A DNA stretch of 64,000 nucleotides from an uncultured archaeon (GTDB lineage: Archaea; Asgardarchaeota; Thorarchaeia; Thorarchaeales; Thorarchaeaceae), in the NCBI GenBank assembly GCA_964558645.1, contig CAZLEV010000010.1, forward strand, positions 32,001 to 96,000, in the 5' to 3' direction. Below the pieces are notes generated by a model. It worked only from the letters and a program-made list of their open reading frames with translations, was not told where the DNA came from and searched no databases. Positions 9,880 to 20,038 of the stretch are shown one piece after another (position 1 is the first letter of the stretch; each line of letters starts with the position of its first letter). A program made the position numbers and the translations under genes.

Positions 9880-10430
9880 GAAGAAACAACAGTGTCGATG
9901 CCTGTGCCCCTACACACTAACTCTCGGCTTCATAGCTCCGGAAGGTCTTCCGCCTCCACCAAGCTGTCTCATGTTGGGTTCTTGTGGCATCGACGTGTCC
10001 GTCATTGTGCGAGACCAGGGTGACCCAAGGATCATCCGCAGACATCATCCGAGTCAACTGAGTCCGTTGTGGTTCGCGGTTATTGTCGTGACGGGTTGTG
10101 TTCGAAGCTGTCGCCCATCATTTGCGCAACACATCATCGTGGCAACTCAGTGCGCCCTCGAAGATGGGCTATTTGCTGAACATCACTATCTATGTCATTG
10201 TACCAATATTAGGGTTGCCAATTGGCGCCAAGTGGGCCCGAGCCCGGTTCCACTTCGTTGGTAACGACAACTTCAAATACTGAGGCTAGTTTCGAGGAAC
10301 TGTGAAGTCCTACCGTATCCATTCGGTCGGATTTCAAGACTTACCAAATCATAATCATTACATTGTCACGGGGCCTGAACTATGCGATCCGCAACTGGGT
10401 CGACAAGCGGCCGCCGAGCAGATCATGGGA
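9880..10430 (-). ncRNA. Candidate structured ncRNA or sRNA cluster
   Basis: No credible ORF. Several helices, some with G-U pairs only on the minus strand; recurring ATGATG motifs; U-rich 3' end. Confidence 0.4.
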
Positions 10431-10614
10431 TTATTATCACTCATAGGATCATCATATCATTATCTCTTGAATAAGAACAGGCATATGAAGAGTTGCCAAC
10501 ACCATCGGCACATTACTCCGGCGTGGTGGGGACATCTTAGTCCGTGAGATTCGGCAGGGCAGAAACATCGCCCCAATAGGCAAGGCACGTGGCAGTAATC
10601 CAAAGGAGACGTGC

Positions 10615-11880
10615 ATAGAAATAGGAACTGATTTCGATCAGAGCACTGCGAAATATGTCATCAGGGCCAGAATCGATATTGACGGGGTTGTTGACAAGCC
10701 TGATGTTGTTGGGGCCCTATTCGGTCAGACAGAGGGACTACTTGGCGAAGACCTCGATCTCAGAGAGCTTCAGAGAACGGGCAGGATTGGCAGAATTCAG
10801 ATAGTTGTTCGTTCGGAGGGTGGAAGTAGCAGGGGTGAGATTGTCGTCCCCGTTTCGCTTGACAAGACCGCTACAGCCATCCTTGCTGCTTCAATCGAAA
10901 CCGTAGACAGGGTTGGACCTTGTAAAGCCAGCGTCACCCTTGACAAGCTTGAGGACATCCGTGGTGCCAAGAGGCGCAGAGTCGTCAGTCGTGCGATTAG
11001 CATCCTCAAAGGATGGGAAGAAGACATCTCACCTGGGTCAGATGAGATCACGCAGGCTGTTACCAAGGCAAAGAAGAGAACAGTCGCTAAATACGGCCCA
11101 GACAAGCTACCAACGGGTCCCGACTTTGACGAGAATCAAGAGATGATTCTTGTAGAGGGAAGAGCAGATATCATCAATCTCATGAAGAATGGTGTAACAA
11201 ATACCATAGCTGTCGAGGGAACCCATGTACCAAAGAGCATTGCAGACCTCACGAAAAGGAATGATAGTACAGTCATTGCCTTCTTAGATGGTGATCGTGG
11301 TGGAGACCTAATTCTACGAGAGCTGATGCAAGTGGCAAGGATTGATTTCATTGCTCGAGCGCCCGAAGGAAAAGAAGTCGAGGATCTCACCCGTCGTGAA
11401 ACAACAAAGGCTCTTCAGTCTAAGATACCTGCTGATCAGGCTCTGTCGTTGGTGCAAAGAAAGGTATCCGCGGACAGGAAACAGAAGGAATCTCGCAAAC
11501 CACGTACCAAGGCACGGTCACCTAGGCGTGACGAACCTTCAAAGAGGCGGAAGCCCGTGAAGTCTGAGAGAAAACCTCCTGAAAAACCAATGGTCCAAGA
11601 GCCATATCTTGAGAAGATGCATGAACTCAAGGAGTCTTTCAGAGCAGCTCTCTTCAATGATTCAATGGAGGTTGTTGCTGAGTGTGGTGTGGCCGAACTG
11701 ACGAAAGCTCTCAAGACGCATGACGCTGTTGATGCCATAGTTCTTGATGGAGTCGTCACTCAAAGACTCATTGATGCTGTAAGCGGTCTAGGTACAAGAC
11801 TCCTCATTGCAGCTGCTGTTGCTGATATCGACAGACCTCCCTCGAGTCTGAAGATAATCACATTCGATGAAATAGAGTAG
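10615..11880 (+). CDS. dnaG: Archaeal DnaG (exosome-associated primase), non-canonical ATA start
   Basis: The reading frame continues upstream of 11143 as TAKYVIRARIDIDGVVDKPDVVGALFGQTEGLLGEDLDLRELQRTGRIGRI, then TOPRIM motifs VEGRAD and DGDRGG. No in-frame ATG/GTG/TTG lies between the stop at 10486 and 11143. Confidence 0.92.
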   Translation: MEIGTDFDQSTAKYVIRARIDIDGVVDKPDVVGALFGQTEGLLGEDLDLRELQRTGRIGRIQIVVRSEGGSSRGEIVVPVSLDKTATAILAASIETVDRVGPCKASVTLDKLEDIRGAKRRRVVSRAISILKGWEEDISPGSDEITQAVTKAKKRTVAKYGPDKLPTGPDFDENQEMILVEGRADIINLMKNGVTNTIAVEGTHVPKSIADLTKRNDSTVIAFLDGDRGGDLILRELMQVARIDFIARAPEGKEVEDLTRRETTKALQSKIPADQALSLVQRKVSADRKQKESRKPRTKARSPRRDEPSKRRKPVKSERKPPEKPMVQEPYLEKMHELKESFRAALFNDSMEVVAECGVAELTKALKTHDAVDAIVLDGVVTQRLIDAVSGLGTRLLIAAAVADIDRPPSSLKIITFDEIE

Positions 11881-12035
11881 CGGAGCATTCCTTTCTTAGC
11901 TCTCTTTCTAGAAGGTGTAGTAAAAGGGCAACAATCAGTATGGCACAATCCGAATTGTTTATTTGACAGGCCGATTGGCGAAATGAAGAGTCAATTGTAA
12001 CTACAATTGCTATTCCTTTGAAGAGATGAAACATA

Positions 12036-12482
12036 ATGGGCAATTCAACTTTCATAGCGCAACTTCGTAAGACAGCAACACCGAAGATTCATGGAGTTTC
12101 ATTGAGTGAATCGAATATGGTGGCAGTCTGTCCACCACCGATGGTCAAGGACCATCCAGGCGCAACCAGCCCCCATGGCCTCTTTTTGGCCTCAATTGGC
12201 GGATGTGTCAACTTGGTCTTTGAAATCGCTCTTGAAAAGGGCCATATCGAGCTACTGGATCTTGAGTCGGAGATTATTGGCGACTACGAAACAGAAGAAG
12301 ATACTGGCCGGAGTTACTTCACGGCAATCACAATCAAGACCAAAATCGTGGTTCCTGAGGGGTCAAACGAGAAGCGGATTCACAAACTCTTTGAAACTGC
12401 TAAGGAAAACTGCCCCATCGGTAACTGTCTGGTGGGTTCCTGTATCAAAATGATCACCGACCTTGAGATAGTGTACGAGTAG
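12036..12482 (+). CDS. OsmC/Ohr family protein
   Basis: SPHGLFLASIGGC ... ENCPIGN two-cysteine pattern. Confidence 0.85.
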   Translation: MGNSTFIAQLRKTATPKIHGVSLSESNMVAVCPPPMVKDHPGATSPHGLFLASIGGCVNLVFEIALEKGHIELLDLESEIIGDYETEEDTGRSYFTAITIKTKIVVPEGSNEKRIHKLFETAKENCPIGNCLVGSCIKMITDLEIVYE

Positions 12483-12611
12483 AACACCTCTATCGAGTGG
12501 CACCTGGGTAAGTACCATTCTATAATCTGTCTTTACACGACGGTTACGCAATTAGCGTATTACTCACAATTATCATCGAGCACATGGTCTTTTCTCATAC
12601 GAAGACCGTAG

Positions 12612-14063
12612 ATGAGGCCAGATACAGTGAGTGAGCTGCTAACCCGCATAGAGAACACATCAGAAGTAGCGGTCCCCTGTGATCCATTTGAAAGAATAAT
12701 CGGTCAAGATGCTGCTATTCGCCTTGTAAAGTCAGCAGTAGTTCAGAGACGTCATGTTCTCTTCTGTGGTGTTCCCGGTATTGGGAAGTCTATGCTCGCA
12801 AGGGCTGCATCTACTCTACTTCCCCCACCGAAGGAGTCTATATGGATTATTGCCAATCCAGCCAAACCGGAGAGACCTCAAGCTGAGGCCCGTCGATTTT
12901 CAGCTGTAACAGAACCCGCTTCTCCCCAGACCTCCAAAAGACACTACATCCGGCCTGATGCGCTTCCTTTTGAGGTTGCAGTCAAGATGGGCTACAGGTG
13001 TCCCCGCTGTCGTGCATTTTCTTCTCCTGAACACGATTTGTGTATGGACTGTGGAAACCCGAAACGGTCCAATTGGATGACCGAAGAGTCTTATCACGGT
13101 CTCTTCAGTGTCTTTGATGTAGTTCAAGAACGAGCAACCGATTCTGTCACACTTGTTGAGCGCACGGGCACGAGAACAGAAGAAGTCACATATCAGAGGG
13201 ATGGTCATGACTCTATTCTGGTGAGTCGACAAGATATGGCCTCGAACTCTCCACGAACCAAAGAATCAGTAGAAGAAACTGAGAACGTCCTCGTACCTCT
13301 AGAGTCAAGCCGCTTTGTTCAGGTGAGTGGTTCGAGCGTGGTTGAGATTCTTGGCGATGTCAGACATGATCCCTATGGTGGTGCCAAATCCTTGGGCACT
13401 CCTCCTCATCGCCGAGTCATTCCCGGAGCAATCCATGAAGCTCACGAAGGTATACTATACATTGATGAGCTAGCCTCACTAGGTGGCTATCAGAAGCATT
13501 TACTCACCGCGCTACAAGACAAGAAATACCCCATCAGTGGTCATAATCCTCAGAGCTCAGGGGCTGCTGTCCGTATTGATGACATTCCCTGCGATTTCAT
13601 CCTCTTTGCATCTTGCAATCCGGACGACCTCCCATCTCTTCTCCCTCCTCTAAGATCGAGAATCCGCGGCTATGGTTATGAGATTCTGCTGAATTCGTGG
13701 ATGAAGAAGAGTCCTGACGCCTTAGATGACATAGTGCGATTCATTGCCCAGTCGGTAGATGAGGATAAGCGTATTCCCCACTTCACAGGAGATGCAGTTC
13801 AGAGAATTCTTGATGTTGCAGAACAGATGGCTTGGCAATTCGACAGAAAACGTGATGCACTCACACTCAGGTTAAGGGAACTTGGTGGGGTCATTCGAGT
13901 TTCCGGTGACCTTGCTGTCCAGTCTCATCACGATTTAGTTCAAGAATATCACGTTAAAGAAGCTGAACAGATCTGTCAAGGAATTGGGCCTGAGGGCCAT
14001 CAGCTCTCTACTAGGAGTGCTTGCTCTTCTTCCAATGAAGATTACGGAAGCTATTTCTTCTGA
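12612..14063 (+). CDS. LonB-type AAA+ ATPase lacking the protease domain, with Zn-ribbon insert
   Basis: IIGQD, Walker A GVPGIGKS, GDVRHDPYGG, GAIHEAHEGILYIDE, LRSRIRGYG and LRLRELGG. The protein ends before any Lon_C domain. Confidence 0.88.
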   Translation: MRPDTVSELLTRIENTSEVAVPCDPFERIIGQDAAIRLVKSAVVQRRHVLFCGVPGIGKSMLARAASTLLPPPKESIWIIANPAKPERPQAEARRFSAVTEPASPQTSKRHYIRPDALPFEVAVKMGYRCPRCRAFSSPEHDLCMDCGNPKRSNWMTEESYHGLFSVFDVVQERATDSVTLVERTGTRTEEVTYQRDGHDSILVSRQDMASNSPRTKESVEETENVLVPLESSRFVQVSGSSVVEILGDVRHDPYGGAKSLGTPPHRRVIPGAIHEAHEGILYIDELASLGGYQKHLLTALQDKKYPISGHNPQSSGAAVRIDDIPCDFILFASCNPDDLPSLLPPLRSRIRGYGYEILLNSWMKKSPDALDDIVRFIAQSVDEDKRIPHFTGDAVQRILDVAEQMAWQFDRKRDALTLRLRELGGVIRVSGDLAVQSHHDLVQEYHVKEAEQICQGIGPEGHQLSTRSACSSSNEDYGSYFF

Positions 14064-14090
14064 CACCATTTTGTTATGACAGGTGTTCCG

Positions 14091-15179
14091 TTGAAGGTCC
14101 TGAAACGAGTGATGAAGGAAGGCAAGATCACTCTGCAGATTGAAACGTTAGACGACCTCTGGCATCTGTATAACATAGTTGACTCAGGCGACCGGGTTAT
14201 TTCGAGAACCAGTCGACGCATCAGGATGGGGGATGACAATGGACGCAAGCAGGAAAGCGTACGGAAACCGATGACGCTCGTGATTGATATTGAAGATGTA
14301 GCCTTCCACTCCTTCACAAACCGTGTTAGGCTGAAAGGCACTATTGTGGAGGGGCCCAGTGATCTGGTCAGTACAGGCTCTTATCATACGTTCAATATAG
14401 AAACAGGGGATAGACTGACCATCATAAAAGAGCACTGGCCCAATTTTCACCTAAAGAGGATAAAAGAAGCTCAAGAGTCGCGAACAAGTCCTATCGCTCT
14501 ATTGGTCACCATAGAGGACGAGAGCGCAGAGATCTTTCTTCTGGCTGACTACGGCATACGAGAGGCAGTCAGTATCAAGTCGAGTATATCTAGAAAGAGA
14601 GGCGACCAGAAATCATACGATGCAACTATGCGTGAGTTCTTCGGCGATGTTACTCTTGCTGTTCGTTCTCAATTGGAGCAGAACAATATTGGGGTATTGA
14701 TAATTGCTGGTCCTGGTTTTGTGAAGGATCATTTCCGGGATTACCTTCAATCTGCATCGATAAGCGAGATGCCGCAAGTGGTCGTAGAAAGTGCAAACAC
14801 AGTGGGTATGCCTGCTGCAAAGGAAATCCTCTATCGTGGTGTTGTGTCCAAGGTGGCGGAGGAAATCAAACTTGAGAAGGAAACACAACTCGTGGAGAAG
14901 GTCTTAGAGCATATTGCCAAGGGTGATGGGCTTGCTACATATGGCGATGAAGAGGTCGCCCGAGCAGTACAGTATGGAGCTGTAGACGAACTCCTCGTCA
15001 CAGACAGACGACTTCGCGGAAGTGACGAGCAACAGAGACGCAGGATTGACAAACTCATCCGTGGGACAGAGAAGACGAGGGGTGGAGTTAACATTATCTC
15101 TACTGAGCACCCAGCTGGCGATCAGCTCCAGAATCTGGGCGGTATTGCTGCCATATTACGCTTCAGAATCGGTCAGTAA
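14091..15179 (+). CDS. pelA: Pelota (Dom34) ribosome-rescue factor
   Basis: DDLWHLYN, GSYHTFNI, AGPGFVK, YGAVDELLV and LGGIAAILRF. Probable TTG start at 14091 (ATG at 14076 is the alternative). Confidence 0.95.
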   Translation: MKVLKRVMKEGKITLQIETLDDLWHLYNIVDSGDRVISRTSRRIRMGDDNGRKQESVRKPMTLVIDIEDVAFHSFTNRVRLKGTIVEGPSDLVSTGSYHTFNIETGDRLTIIKEHWPNFHLKRIKEAQESRTSPIALLVTIEDESAEIFLLADYGIREAVSIKSSISRKRGDQKSYDATMREFFGDVTLAVRSQLEQNNIGVLIIAGPGFVKDHFRDYLQSASISEMPQVVVESANTVGMPAAKEILYRGVVSKVAEEIKLEKETQLVEKVLEHIAKGDGLATYGDEEVARAVQYGAVDELLVTDRRLRGSDEQQRRRIDKLIRGTEKTRGGVNIISTEHPAGDQLQNLGGIAAILRFRIGQ

Positions 15180-16295
15180 TCAAAATGGGTCGAACTCAAC
15201 TTGGAATCGGTCCCAAGAAGGATATTCAGTCGCAATCCCCAGTTTCCAATGGGATGGAATCTGATGCTTTATGTCTCCAGCTATCTCTTCCAATACCCAA
15301 GGTGCAATCTCAATTCGCATCCTTTGCTCATCTACATGCAGCAGATTATCCGGAATCTCGTAGCGAGTCAAGAGCATATTTGCAACACGCTCTAGTTCCC
15401 TTCTGTCAACTAATTCCCTCTGTGGAAGAAGCACTCCCAATATAAGAAGAGGCTCATCATCGACATCCACTTCCAACTCCCTTTTAGTTCTCTCAAGCCG
15501 TCGCCTCAATCTATTACGCATCTGAACCGAGTCCTTGAAGCTGGCAGAGCAATAGTGTACTGTGAGGCTCGCGAGTTCTTCAGATGCCCAGTTAAGAATG
15601 CGATTTGCAAGAATCTTGCTGCCTGCAATTGAGGAGTTCTCCGTGCTTGTCAGTCGCATACCCAATGATGCCAACCGACTGAAATTGCTCTCGCTAGCTT
15701 CCAACTCATTCAAGTTGAGGAACTGGACACCATTTTCTTCTGCTCTAATTGCTGCCTCTTTCAATTGCCTCTCATGACCGGGAATGGCGGGCAGTTCAAG
15801 TCCTGTGGCTATCCCAAGTTCCACCGCGTCTTCGACGCCCTTCCAGTCATTGCCTTGTGGATGAAATCGTATCTCATCTAACCCCTTCTCTCTTAGGAGA
15901 ACAAGTGTTCCTCTGTCAATATCTGCCATAGAAGTATACAGATGGAGGTGAAAACTCGTTCCGTAATACTTCTTGAGACGCTCTATGTATCGGAGGGTTC
16001 TATCGGGTCTGCACAATGGATCGCCCCCACTCAGTCCAGCTCCCTTTGCTCCTATTGCCTCTGCCTCGCTCAGTACATCTGAGAATTCATCAACTGGCAT
16101 TTCGTCAGCAAATACCAAGTCCTTCCCCGCTTTCTCTCCTGACAGCGGGCAATAGAAACAGGCACTTTCGCAGAGTCCAGTGACGAAGAGCACCATCTTC
16201 TTTCCCTCGCCGCAGAATTGACAGCCGACGGGAAGATTTCCCACGACTAACGAACCTGCCTGTAGTTTTCTCACCTTACGTTTCACTTCTGGCAC
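15180..16295 (-). CDS. Radical SAM protein (COG2108-like)
   Basis: LPVGCQFC, TGLCESACFYCPLS (CxxxCxxC), DEIRFHP and FLNLNELE. Confidence 0.88.
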   Translation of the reverse strand: MPEVKRKVRKLQAGSLVVGNLPVGCQFCGEGKKMVLFVTGLCESACFYCPLSGEKAGKDLVFADEMPVDEFSDVLSEAEAIGAKGAGLSGGDPLCRPDRTLRYIERLKKYYGTSFHLHLYTSMADIDRGTLVLLREKGLDEIRFHPQGNDWKGVEDAVELGIATGLELPAIPGHERQLKEAAIRAEENGVQFLNLNELEASESNFSRLASLGMRLTSTENSSIAGSKILANRILNWASEELASLTVHYCSASFKDSVQMRNRLRRRLERTKRELEVDVDDEPLLILGVLLPQRELVDRRELERVANMLLTRYEIPDNLLHVDEQRMRIEIAPWVLEEIAGDIKHQIPSHWKLGIATEYPSWDRFQVEFDPF

Positions 16296-16299
16296 ACAC

Positions 16300-16998
16300 T
16301 CATGTTCTTCTGTCAACAGTCCTTCTAAGAGCGGGATTTCGATCAATGAGATACTTACTCTCTGCTTCAAAGGTAGAATCCTCTGGTACCGGGTGTGTCA
16401 GATATACGCCGGTTCTTCCAACCGACTCTCTTCTTGTGAGAACTCGAACCCGTTCTCTGGCAATCTCTACACTCACATTCAACTTCCGTGCAACACTGGC
16501 CTCATGTCCAATAACCCCGCTTTCGATATGCCCTTCATCCGTGGGCTTAATCAATACGAGTCTCTTGTCAACTCCCGGAACTCGGGACTGAGTCTCGATC
16601 TGTTCAATATTGACGGTCCCTCCCCATCTATAGAATTCTCTCTCTCTTGACATCATCTTAAACATAGGAAATGAAATGGTTGTACGAGAATCAAGATACA
16701 GGTGCCCTTTCAATATAGATGACGGTGTGGCCTGAACCAGTTCTCTGCGCACACCCCTCCCCACTGATAATTCAATGCGGTAACTTGCAACCCGATAGGG
16801 GATGACTATATCTATATCCGATTTCTTGGTGATGTCGCCTCGCGCTAGTGAACCGTAGACGAGGCATCTTATGCCTCCCTCTATTAGCTTGAACATGCTC
16901 TCTTCTGCAGCACTGCGGAGTTCTCGGAAGACCTGCCAGTGCTGATCATCATAGAGAACTTCTCGCGTTCCATGCAATATCTCTGGCTTCCTTGCCAT
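16300..16998 (-). CDS. Predicted nucleotidyltransferase (COG2413-like)
   Basis: VYGSLARGDITKKSDID, QATP, RVPGVDKRL and GRTGVYL. Confidence 0.85.
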   Translation of the reverse strand: MARKPEILHGTREVLYDDQHWQVFRELRSAAEESMFKLIEGGIRCLVYGSLARGDITKKSDIDIVIPYRVASYRIELSVGRGVRRELVQATPSSILKGHLYLDSRTTISFPMFKMMSREREFYRWGGTVNIEQIETQSRVPGVDKRLVLIKPTDEGHIESGVIGHEASVARKLNVSVEIARERVRVLTRRESVGRTGVYLTHPVPEDSTFEAESKYLIDRNPALRRTVDRRT

Positions 16999-17001
16999 CA
17001 G

Positions 17002-17949
17002 TCAAGTCCTACCTCCAAGTTCTTGAAGCATGGTGCAGACCTTGCAGAGTTTTCCGGTAGTTGGTTCTCCACACCTCTGGCATGTTCCAGCTCTGCCTTT
17101 ACTCTGAGCCTCACAAAAGGCGTCAGATATCGCCTCGCCTGAGTGTAACACTGCAAGAAGAGTGCCCGGCCGTCTGTGTTCCATCTCATTCAGGAAGTCC
17201 CGTATGTCGTTCCGATATGCTTCAGAAGCATAAGGGCATGGGACATCATGATAGGGCAAATTCAAGAAATGGGTGTAAGCAACTATATCCCTCTCTGACA
17301 ACTGAATCAGAGGCTTGATCCTAGGTACAAAGCCCTCCATAGTTCTCTCTCTTGGTCGATTCATTCTGGCCATCCTCTTCGTATCACCTCTGAGGATGTT
17401 CATGACTATGGTCTGTGCCTCATCATCTAGAATATGTCCAGTTGCCAAGACATCCCCTTCCAGCTCCTTGGCGGCTTGATTTAGAGCTCTTCTCCTGAAG
17501 ACCCCGCAATAGGAACAGGCACCAAGAGAATCGGGTGGCCGGTTCTTGATCATCTCATCAAGTGACATTCCAAAATAGTGTGAGAAAGTACGCACTATCA
17601 AATCATGTCCCAGCGAATCTGCCAGCTTCACTGCTGCTTCACGTGCTCGGTCCCTATACCCTTTGATCCCTTCATCTATGATTAGAGGAATCACTTCTGA
17701 CTTCGGAAAGCAACTCTCTATTCGTGTAAGAATGTCTAAGAGGACCGCGCTGTCCTTCCCACCCGAAACTGCAACGATTATGCGGTCATCCTCTTTGAGC
17801 AAGGCCTGCCCGTTGATAGTTCGCCTTACCCTATCCTGTGTTGTTTTCACGAGGCAGGAAACGCACAGTCTCTCATTCGTATACCGTCTCAGATAGACTG
17901 CTGATTCTCCACATTTCGAGCACTCTATGCTCATGTCCAATACGTCCAA
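17002..17949 (-). CDS. ttuA: tRNA 2-thiolation protein TtuA/Ncs6 (TIGR00269 family)
   Basis: PP-loop SGGKDS, CSYCGVFRRR, ATGH and N- and C-terminal Zn fingers. Confidence 0.9.
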   Translation of the reverse strand: MDVLDMSIECSKCGESAVYLRRYTNERLCVSCLVKTTQDRVRRTINGQALLKEDDRIIVAVSGGKDSAVLLDILTRIESCFPKSEVIPLIIDEGIKGYRDRAREAAVKLADSLGHDLIVRTFSHYFGMSLDEMIKNRPPDSLGACSYCGVFRRRALNQAAKELEGDVLATGHILDDEAQTIVMNILRGDTKRMARMNRPRERTMEGFVPRIKPLIQLSERDIVAYTHFLNLPYHDVPCPYASEAYRNDIRDFLNEMEHRRPGTLLAVLHSGEAISDAFCEAQSKGRAGTCQRCGEPTTGKLCKVCTMLQELGGRT

Positions 17950-18171
17950 ACCACACTGTGACCAAAGCGCTGTTAAGGATACTCATGGCTCTTCTCTTCT
18001 TTTTAGCTCCCCAGTTCTGGTGTTTCCACTCGTGATATCATGAGCACCTTCTCTGACGGGTTGGAATGGGCGGCATGGATGATCGGACCGCATACAGTCT
18101 GCCTGAGAAGGCCCCTCAGGAAACTTATTGCGAGAGACAGATAGCTTCTCTAGTCGAGCCATGTACTCACT

Positions 18172-19341
18172 TCAGAATATGCCCTTACCGAACCAGAAGC
18201 TTAGGACGATGCTGAGGACGACTATTAGCAGCGAAGCAATCCGAAGAGGCCACATAACCAGTCTGATCTTCTTCTCATCATCGGTCAACAAGCTCAGGCC
18301 ATTTGATAGCAATCTCTCTCCGTCCAAGAAGGGTATGGGCAAGAGATTGAAAAGAGCAACCGAGAACTGAATTATGAACGACCAAGTCAGCACTTGCTGC
18401 ATGTGAAATGCAAAGAGTGGCCCGCCTGGTATCCATCCCCATCCTGGCTTAGGTTCCCAATAATCTGCCCCATATATCCCGATGTATCCAAGTGAGCTGT
18501 TCCCCTCGCTTTCGGCGAGTGTGATTGTTTCAGAGCCTTCTAGCGTGTGTACTATGAGTTGAGATCCCGCAGGTGCATCCATCATGAACTGGGATATGTC
18601 TACCCATCTCTCAATATCAGTATCATTCAACCCAATAATCACATCGCCTATTTCGAGTGCATCTGCTCCAGGTGAACCTGGTACCACATCGTACACATAC
18701 GCCCCATTCGGGGGATTAAATCCCAAAGACATCATGGCCGGAAAGTTTGCAATCATCAAGAGTACGATAAATGCCCATATCAGATTGGAGAACGAGCCTG
18801 CGGCCAGCAGGCGCATCCTGTCCTTCGAGGATGCTTCTTTCTCGAATACTTCTTCGTCAGGTTCCACAAAAGCTCCAAACAGGACAAAGAAGGCCATAAG
18901 ACCCGAACTCTTGATTGGAATGTTATCCCTAGATGATGCAAGACCGTGAGCGAACTCGTGCACAACTAGAGTGAACGCCAATGCTATCATCAGGTATACC
19001 AAGGGCAATCCGGTGATTGTAATCCCCGGGATTATTGGCACCACTCCACCTGCGGTCTGAGGTTGGATGAAGAACTTCACCAGATTGTCTGCAAACATAG
19101 CAAAACCGGCAATCATTCCTCCAAATGCAACGACCACTCCTAGGCTGAAGAACCATCTCGGGATTCTCTTACCAACCTTGGTCAGAAACGAATTGAGCCG
19201 TTCAGTCTTGAACATGATAAAGAAAGGCGTTCCTGCTTCTACACCCCTCTGGCTGAGTTTCTCCTGTCCTATAGCCTGTGCAATCACGTAGATGACGAGA
19301 TAGATTCCCGCCAGAATTCCGAGTAAATAGATCGGGTCCAT
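18172..19341 (-). CDS. Site-2 protease (M50) with PDZ domain
   Basis: HEFAH, GAFVEPDE, NLLPIPFLDG; PDZ motif GSPGADALEIGDVI. Confidence 0.93.
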   Translation of the reverse strand: MDPIYLLGILAGIYLVIYVIAQAIGQEKLSQRGVEAGTPFFIMFKTERLNSFLTKVGKRIPRWFFSLGVVVAFGGMIAGFAMFADNLVKFFIQPQTAGGVVPIIPGITITGLPLVYLMIALAFTLVVHEFAHGLASSRDNIPIKSSGLMAFFVLFGAFVEPDEEVFEKEASSKDRMRLLAAGSFSNLIWAFIVLLMIANFPAMMSLGFNPPNGAYVYDVVPGSPGADALEIGDVIIGLNDTDIERWVDISQFMMDAPAGSQLIVHTLEGSETITLAESEGNSSLGYIGIYGADYWEPKPGWGWIPGGPLFAFHMQQVLTWSFIIQFSVALFNLLPIPFLDGERLLSNGLSLLTDDEKKIRLVMWPLRIASLLIVVLSIVLSFWFGKGIF

Positions 19342-19541
19342 GCATATCCATCCAATAGCAACGGTCTTGAAGGTGGCAATTTCTGGACTTGTTATAATGA
19401 TTATGCCATGGGCGTGAATCCTGAGGATATTCATGTCACGATTAATTCAGCTCGACCGCAAGCCTCATAAAGTGAGTCGGAGTCGCTAGCTTCAGTGTCC
19501 TGCCAGTGGGGACCATAAATTTCAAGGAAGTTGAAGTACAG

Positions 19542-19925
19542 TTGCCATTCAAGCTTGTCCTATCAGATCCCGAAACAGGTACGGCAATCCAGTACGAGTT
19601 AGACGATGCCAAGACAAATGCATTACTCGGCAAGCAGGTTGGGGAAATTGTGGAAGGCGATGTGATAGGTCTTCCAGGATACAAGCTCAAGATTACCGGC
19701 GGTAGTGATACTTCTGGTTTTCCAATTCGCCCGGACGTTCATGGCAGCGGTAAGCGGAAAGTACTCATACGTGGACGGCCAGGTCTTAGGCCCACACGGA
19801 AGGGAATAGCACGACGGAGAACCGTCCGAGGCCGTGAAGTCACCTCCGATCTCTCTCAGATTAATGTTAGAATTGAAGAGAAAGGCGGTACCCCTCTTGA
19901 AGAACTTGTTATGAAGGCTGCATAG
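19542..19925 (+). CDS. rps6e: 30S ribosomal protein S6e
   Basis: FKLVLSDP, KITGGSDTSGFP and RRRTVRG; TTG start. Confidence 0.95.
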   Translation: MPFKLVLSDPETGTAIQYELDDAKTNALLGKQVGEIVEGDVIGLPGYKLKITGGSDTSGFPIRPDVHGSGKRKVLIRGRPGLRPTRKGIARRRTVRGREVTSDLSQINVRIEEKGGTPLEELVMKAA

Positions 19926-20038
19926 TTACTTCTAAAGAGCACGGCACTGGGATCTCTATAGGCCGACCATAGACTTCTTATGTAGTGTCTTGCACTCTCG
20001 CTCGCGACAAACAAGGGACAGTTGGAAGTGAAGACTAG

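Noticed and set aside
9857-10547. Plus-strand ORFs 9857-10264, 10098-10283 and 10302-10547
   Set aside because: Atypical composition, no motifs and no clear SD; a non-coding explanation fits better.
11143-11880. ORF-track start for dnaG
   Set aside because: The conserved N-terminal domain continues in frame to ~10615.
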